From positions 1,798,001-1,862,000 of the forward strand of contig JASTWF010000036.1 of assembly GCA_030390025.1 (NCBI GenBank): a stretch of 64,000 nt of DNA. Direction: 5' to 3'. The position numbers and the translations under genes are program-made. Below, piece after piece: positions 59,560-64,000 of the stretch (its first letter is position 1; every line of letters begins with the position of its first letter). This DNA comes from Squalus acanthias (Eukaryota). The notes beneath the pieces are model-generated. The model searched no databases and had not been told where the DNA came from. It worked only from the letters and a program-made list of their open reading frames with translations.

Positions 59560-62394
59560 AACTAAGTGTCACAAAACATATTTGAAAGTTCTCTATCTGA
59601 ATGCACGTAGCATTCGGAACAAAATAGACGAGTTAATGGCACAAATAACTACATATGGGTATGATCGTGTGGCCATTACAGAAACATGGCTGCAGGGTGA
59701 CAATGCCTGGGAATTAAACATACAAGGTTATTTAACGATCAGGAAGGACAGGCAGGAAGGGAGGGGAGGTGGGTGGCTATGTTAATAAAGGAAGGAATCA
59801 CTGTAATACAGAGAAATGATATTGGGTCAAAAGATCAGGATAATGAAACAGTTTGGGTGGAGATAAGGAATAATAAGGGGAAAAAAACATTAGTGGGCGT
59901 AGTCTATAGGCCTCCGAACAGTTGCAACTCTGTTGGACGGAGTATCAATCAGGAAATAGTTGAGGCTTGTAATAAGGGAACATCTATAATTATGGGGGAT
60001 TTTAACTATCATATTAATTGGACAAATCAAATTGGGCAGGGCTGCCTTGAGGATGAGTTCATTGAGTGTATTAGGGATGGGTTTCTTGAGCAGTATGTAA
60101 CTGAACCGACCAGGGGGCAAGCAACCTTAGATCTGGTCCTGTGTAACGAGACAGGATTAATGAAAAATGTCCTAGTAAAGGATCCCCTTGGAATGAGTGA
60201 CCATAACATGGTTGAATTCCATATTCAATTAGAGGGTGAGAAGGTTGGATCTCAAACAGGCGTGCTAAGCTTGAATAAAGGAGACTATGAAGGTATGCGA
60301 GCGGAATTGAGTAGAGTGGATTGGGAAAATAGATTAAAGGGTAAGACGATACATGATCAGTGGTGTACATTTAAGGAGTTATTTTACAACTTCCAAAAAA
60401 AAAAATTCCACTGAGAAGAAAAGGGTGTAAAAGAAAAGACAGTCATCCGTGGCTAAGTAAAGAAATTAAGGATAGTATTCGATTAAAAACAAGGGCCTAT
60501 AAAAGGTAGCCAAATCTAGTGGGAGGATAGAGGATTGGGAAAACTTTAAAAGACAGCAAAAAATAACAAAAAGATTGATTAAGAAAGGGAAGATAGATTA
60601 TGAAAGTAAATTAGCAAAAAATATAAAAACAGATAGTAAGAGTTTTTATAGTTATATAAAAAGAAAAAGGGTGGCTAAAGTAAATGTTGGTCCCTTAGAG
60701 GATGAGACCGGGAAATTAATGGTGGGAAATATGGAGGTGGCAAATACACTGAATGAATATTTTGTATCAGTCTTTACAGTAGAGTCTTTACTAAGAATAT
60801 CCCAACACTGGACAAACAGGGGGCTATAGGGGGGGAGGAGCTAAACACGATCAAAATCACTAAGGAAGTGGTACTCGGTAAAATAATGGGACTCAAGGCG
60901 GATAAATCACCTGGACCTGATGGCTTACATCCTAGGGTCTTGAGGGAAGTGGCGGTAGGGATTGTGGATGCATTGGTAATAATTTTCCAAAACTCCCTGG
61001 ACTCAGCAAAGAACCCGGCAGACTGGAAAACTGCTAATGTAACACCCTTATTTAAAAAGGGCAGTAGACAGAAGGCTGGAAACTATAGACCGGTTAGCCT
61101 AACATCTGTGGTAGGTAAAATTTTGGAGTCCATTATTAAGGAGACAGTAACGGGACATTTGGATAATCATAATTTAATAGGACAAAGTCAGCATGGTTTT
61201 ATGAAGGGGAAGTCATGTTTGACAAATTTGCTGGAGTTCTTTGAGGAAGTAACATACAGGGTGGATAAAGGGGAACCAGTGGATGTGGTGTATTTAGACT
61301 TCCAAAAGGCATTTGACAAGGTGCCACACAAAAGATTATTGCTTAAGATAAAAAATCACGGGATTGGGGGTAATATTCTGGCATGGATAGAGGATTGGCT
61401 ATCTAACAGAAGGCAGAGAGTTGGGATAAATGGTTCATTCTCAGACTGGCAATCGGTAACTAGTGGTGTTCCGCAGGGGTCAGTGCTGGGTCCCCAACTC
61501 TTTACAATCTATATTAACGATTTGGAGGAGGGGACCGAGTGTAACATATCAAAGTTTGCAGATGATACTAAGATGGGAGGGAAAGTAGTGAGTAAGGAGG
61601 ACATAAAAAATCTGCAAGGGGACATAGACAGGCTAAGTAAGTGGGCAGAGATTTGGCAGATGGAATACAATACTGGAAAGTGTGAGGTTATGCACTTTGG
61701 CAGGAAAAATAGTAGAGCAAGTTATTATCTTAATGGCAAGAAACTGGAAAGTACTGAAGTACAAAGGGATCTGGGGGTCCTGGTGCACGAAACTCAAAAG
61801 GTTAGTATGCAGGTGCAGCAAGTGATTAAGAAGGCCAATGGAATGTTGGCTTTCATTGCTAGGGGGATAGAATATAAAAATAGGGAGGTATTGCTTCAGT
61901 TGTACAAGGTATTGGTGAGACCGCACCTGGAATACTGCATACAGTTTTGGTGTCCATACTTAAGAAAAGACATACTTGCTCTCGAGTCAGTACAAAGAAG
62001 GTTCACTCGGTTAATCCCGGGGATAAGGGGATGGACATATGAGGAGAGGTTGGGTAGATTGGGACTCTACTCATTGGAGTTCAGAAGAATGAGAGGCGAT
62101 CTTATTGAAACATATAAGATTGTGAAGGGGTTGGATCGGGTGGATGCGGGAAGGATGTTCCCGATGATGGGTGAAACTAGAACTAGGGGGCATAGTCTTA
62201 GAATAAGGGGCTGCTCTTTCAAAACTGAGATGAGAAGGAACTACTTCACTCAGAGGGTGGTAGGTCCATGGAATATGCTGCCCCAAAAAGCTGTAGAAGC
62301 TACATCATTACATAAATTTAAAACAGAAATAGACAGTTTCCTAGAAGTAAAGGGAATTAAGGGTTACGGGGAGCGGGCAGGAATTTGGACATGA
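59560..62394 (+). pseudogene. CR1 ORF2 (AP endonuclease plus reverse transcriptase), split by about 4 frameshifts
   Basis: Endonuclease motifs YLNARS, ITETW, GVVYRPP, MGDFN, SDH in ORFs 59498.. and 59773..; RT block 60868..62394 is open (KSPGPDG, YRPVSLT, GVPQGSVLGP, KFADD). Confidence 0.9.
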
Positions 62395-62651
62395 GTCTAG
62401 GTTCGGATCGGTCATGGCCCTGTGGGTAGCGTAGCGGGCCCAGGGGCCGTGTAGCCTGATCCTGCTCCTATTTCGTGTGTCCAATTCTGTTAGGTTCAGG
62501 AGATGGTTCTGTGATAGTAGATTGGCGGTTAGGATCAGATCAGCCATGATCTTATTGAATGGCGGAGCAGGCTCGAGGGGCCAATTGGCCTACTCCTGCT
62601 CCTATTTCTTATGTTCTTATGTAAACCACTTTGCATCAGTGCAGAATTGGA

Positions 62652-62977
62652 GTGAGTCTTTGGTGCAATGGTAGCATTCTCGCCTCTGGGCCAGAAGGTG
62701 CAGGGTTCGAACTCCCACTCCAGACAGTCTCGGCGAGTGGAGTCGGAGCTCCGGCTTTGAATTCTGGGTTGACATCCAGCGGGATGCTCGCGTCCGGTGG
62801 GTATGGGTGGCCCCCCCCCCCCTCATCGTATGGGTTGTGGGAGCCCATAAAACCCTCCCACCGTGTAGGACGGACCACTCTATCGGCTGGTATAAAGATG
62901 GTTACAGCCCTGGAAGGAGCGTTCACGCGGCCAGACAGACTGTTAATCAGCCTGTGGATCCTTCCACTACTTTACAC
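62652..62977 (+). mobile_element. tRNA-derived SINE-like element with a body unlike the other SINEs here
   Basis: A/B boxes tggtgcaatggtagc and ggttcgaactccc; head resembles the SacSINE head; body differs. 3' end uncertain. Confidence 0.5.
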
Positions 62978-63070
62978 TGTTCCCCAGTGAGAAGACATAA
63001 AAAGATGATCAATGCAGAATTGACTGTCTCATTTCAACATAAAATAACTGCGTACCTCCTTGTCTGAGAT

Positions 63071-63615
63071 GAACATAAGAACATAAGAATTAGGAGCAGG
63101 AGTCGGCCATTTGACCCTTCGAGCCTGCTCCGCCATTCAATAAGATCATGGCTGATCTTCTACCTCATCTTCCCTTTCCTGAACTATCCCTTGATTCCCT
63201 TAATATTCAAAAATCCATCGATCTCTGTCTTGAATATACTCAAAGACTCAGCATTCACAGCCCTCTGGGGTAGAGAATTCCAAAGATTCACCACCCTCTG
63301 AGTGAAGAAATTCTCCTCATCTCAGTCCTAAATGGCCGACCCCTTATTCTGAGACTGTGACCTCTGGTTCTAGTCTCCCCAGCCAGGGGGAAACATCCTC
63401 TCTGCATCTACCCTGTCAAGCCCTGTAAGAATTTTGTATGTTTCAATGAGATCACCTCTCATTCTTCTAAACTCCAGAGAATATAGGCCTAGTCTACTCA
63501 ATCTCTCCTCGTAGGACAATCCCCCCATCCCAGGAACCAGTCTGGTGAACCTTCGTTGCACTCCCTCTATGGCAAGTATATCCTTCCTTAGGTAAGGTGA
63601 CCAAAACTGTACACA
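63071..63615 (-). mobile_element. CR1 LINE 3' fragment
   Basis: QRRFTRLVPG..RGDLIETYKIL. Confidence 0.88.
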
Positions 63616-64000
63616 GCCTGTGTAATAATCAAACTGCAGTGATAGTCTTTATTCAGTGGCCAATTGAATCTCTGATCCTTCTGTGTTTGCATTCTTACTT
63701 TGGGAGAGTTTGTGGAGGATCTCGAAGAAAAAAAAATGTTTTTGAAGTTCTGTATGGTTTGGTTTTACATCGTCTTAAAGTTGGCATTCCGACGTGCCGG
63801 CTGGCATGGACTGCGCAGCCACCACCACAAGAGCTGCATTTCCCACGGGCACCGGCGAGCTGACAGCTGGCAGCAAGTCAGGAGGTAGTAGTTCAGTTGA
63901 GTGGTTCGAAGGATGACGGAAATCACGAAAGCAAAGCCAAAGGGGTTTCTGAAAGTAGCACAAAGAGTCCTGAGAAGGAACTTCTGCTGCCGGCTCTTTG

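Larger units (their letters stand above)
58000..62620 (+). mobile_element. Near full-length CR1 LINE (HER1-like)
   Basis: 5' UTR, intact ORF1, frameshifted ORF2 (APE plus RT), and CR1 3' stem-loop tail ending ttcttatgttcttatg. 5' boundary approximate. Confidence 0.93.

Noticed and set aside
57981..62641. GCATCAGTG on both sides of the long CR1 as a TSD
   Set aside because: The right copy is about 12 nt away from the tail end and the 5' boundary is uncertain; it may be chance.
62652..62722. tRNA gene candidates (also the SINE heads at 5994, 24001, 54285 and 54725)
   Set aside because: A/B boxes are present but there is no complete cloverleaf, and they continue into SINE bodies.

Overview
This is a eukaryotic, repeat-dense window that looks like cartilaginous-fish (shark) DNA, judged from HE1-type V-SINEs, SacSINE1/Deu-type SINEs and HER1-like CR1 LINEs. 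The only host coding sequence I can support is one 154-bp internal exon (38354-38507, +) of an acid-sensing ion channel gene (ASIC1-like), so the rest is probably intron. Almost everything else is transposable elements. These include an intact 4441-bp Gypsy (Mag-like) LTR retrotransposon with identical 194-bp LTRs and a 5-bp TSD (48102-52542, -), a near-full-length CR1 LINE with an esterase ORF1, a young 5'-truncated Penelope element with a 13-bp TSD, decayed PIF/Harbinger genes, hAT and other MITEs, and many L2, CR1, Vingi and SINE fragments. The best candidate for an unusual system is the Gypsy element. It has no tRNA primer-binding site. Instead, 11 nt next to the 5' LTR are exactly complementary to an 11-mer inside the LTR, which also contains an ATTAAA polyA-type signal, suggesting Tf1-style self-priming. 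Its RT active site reads YLDN instead of YxDD. Also notable are minimal hammerhead-ribozyme motifs in Penelope-derived sequence and several local templated duplications and inversions. Family names come from recalled motifs, not database searches, and boundaries of decayed repeats are approximate.
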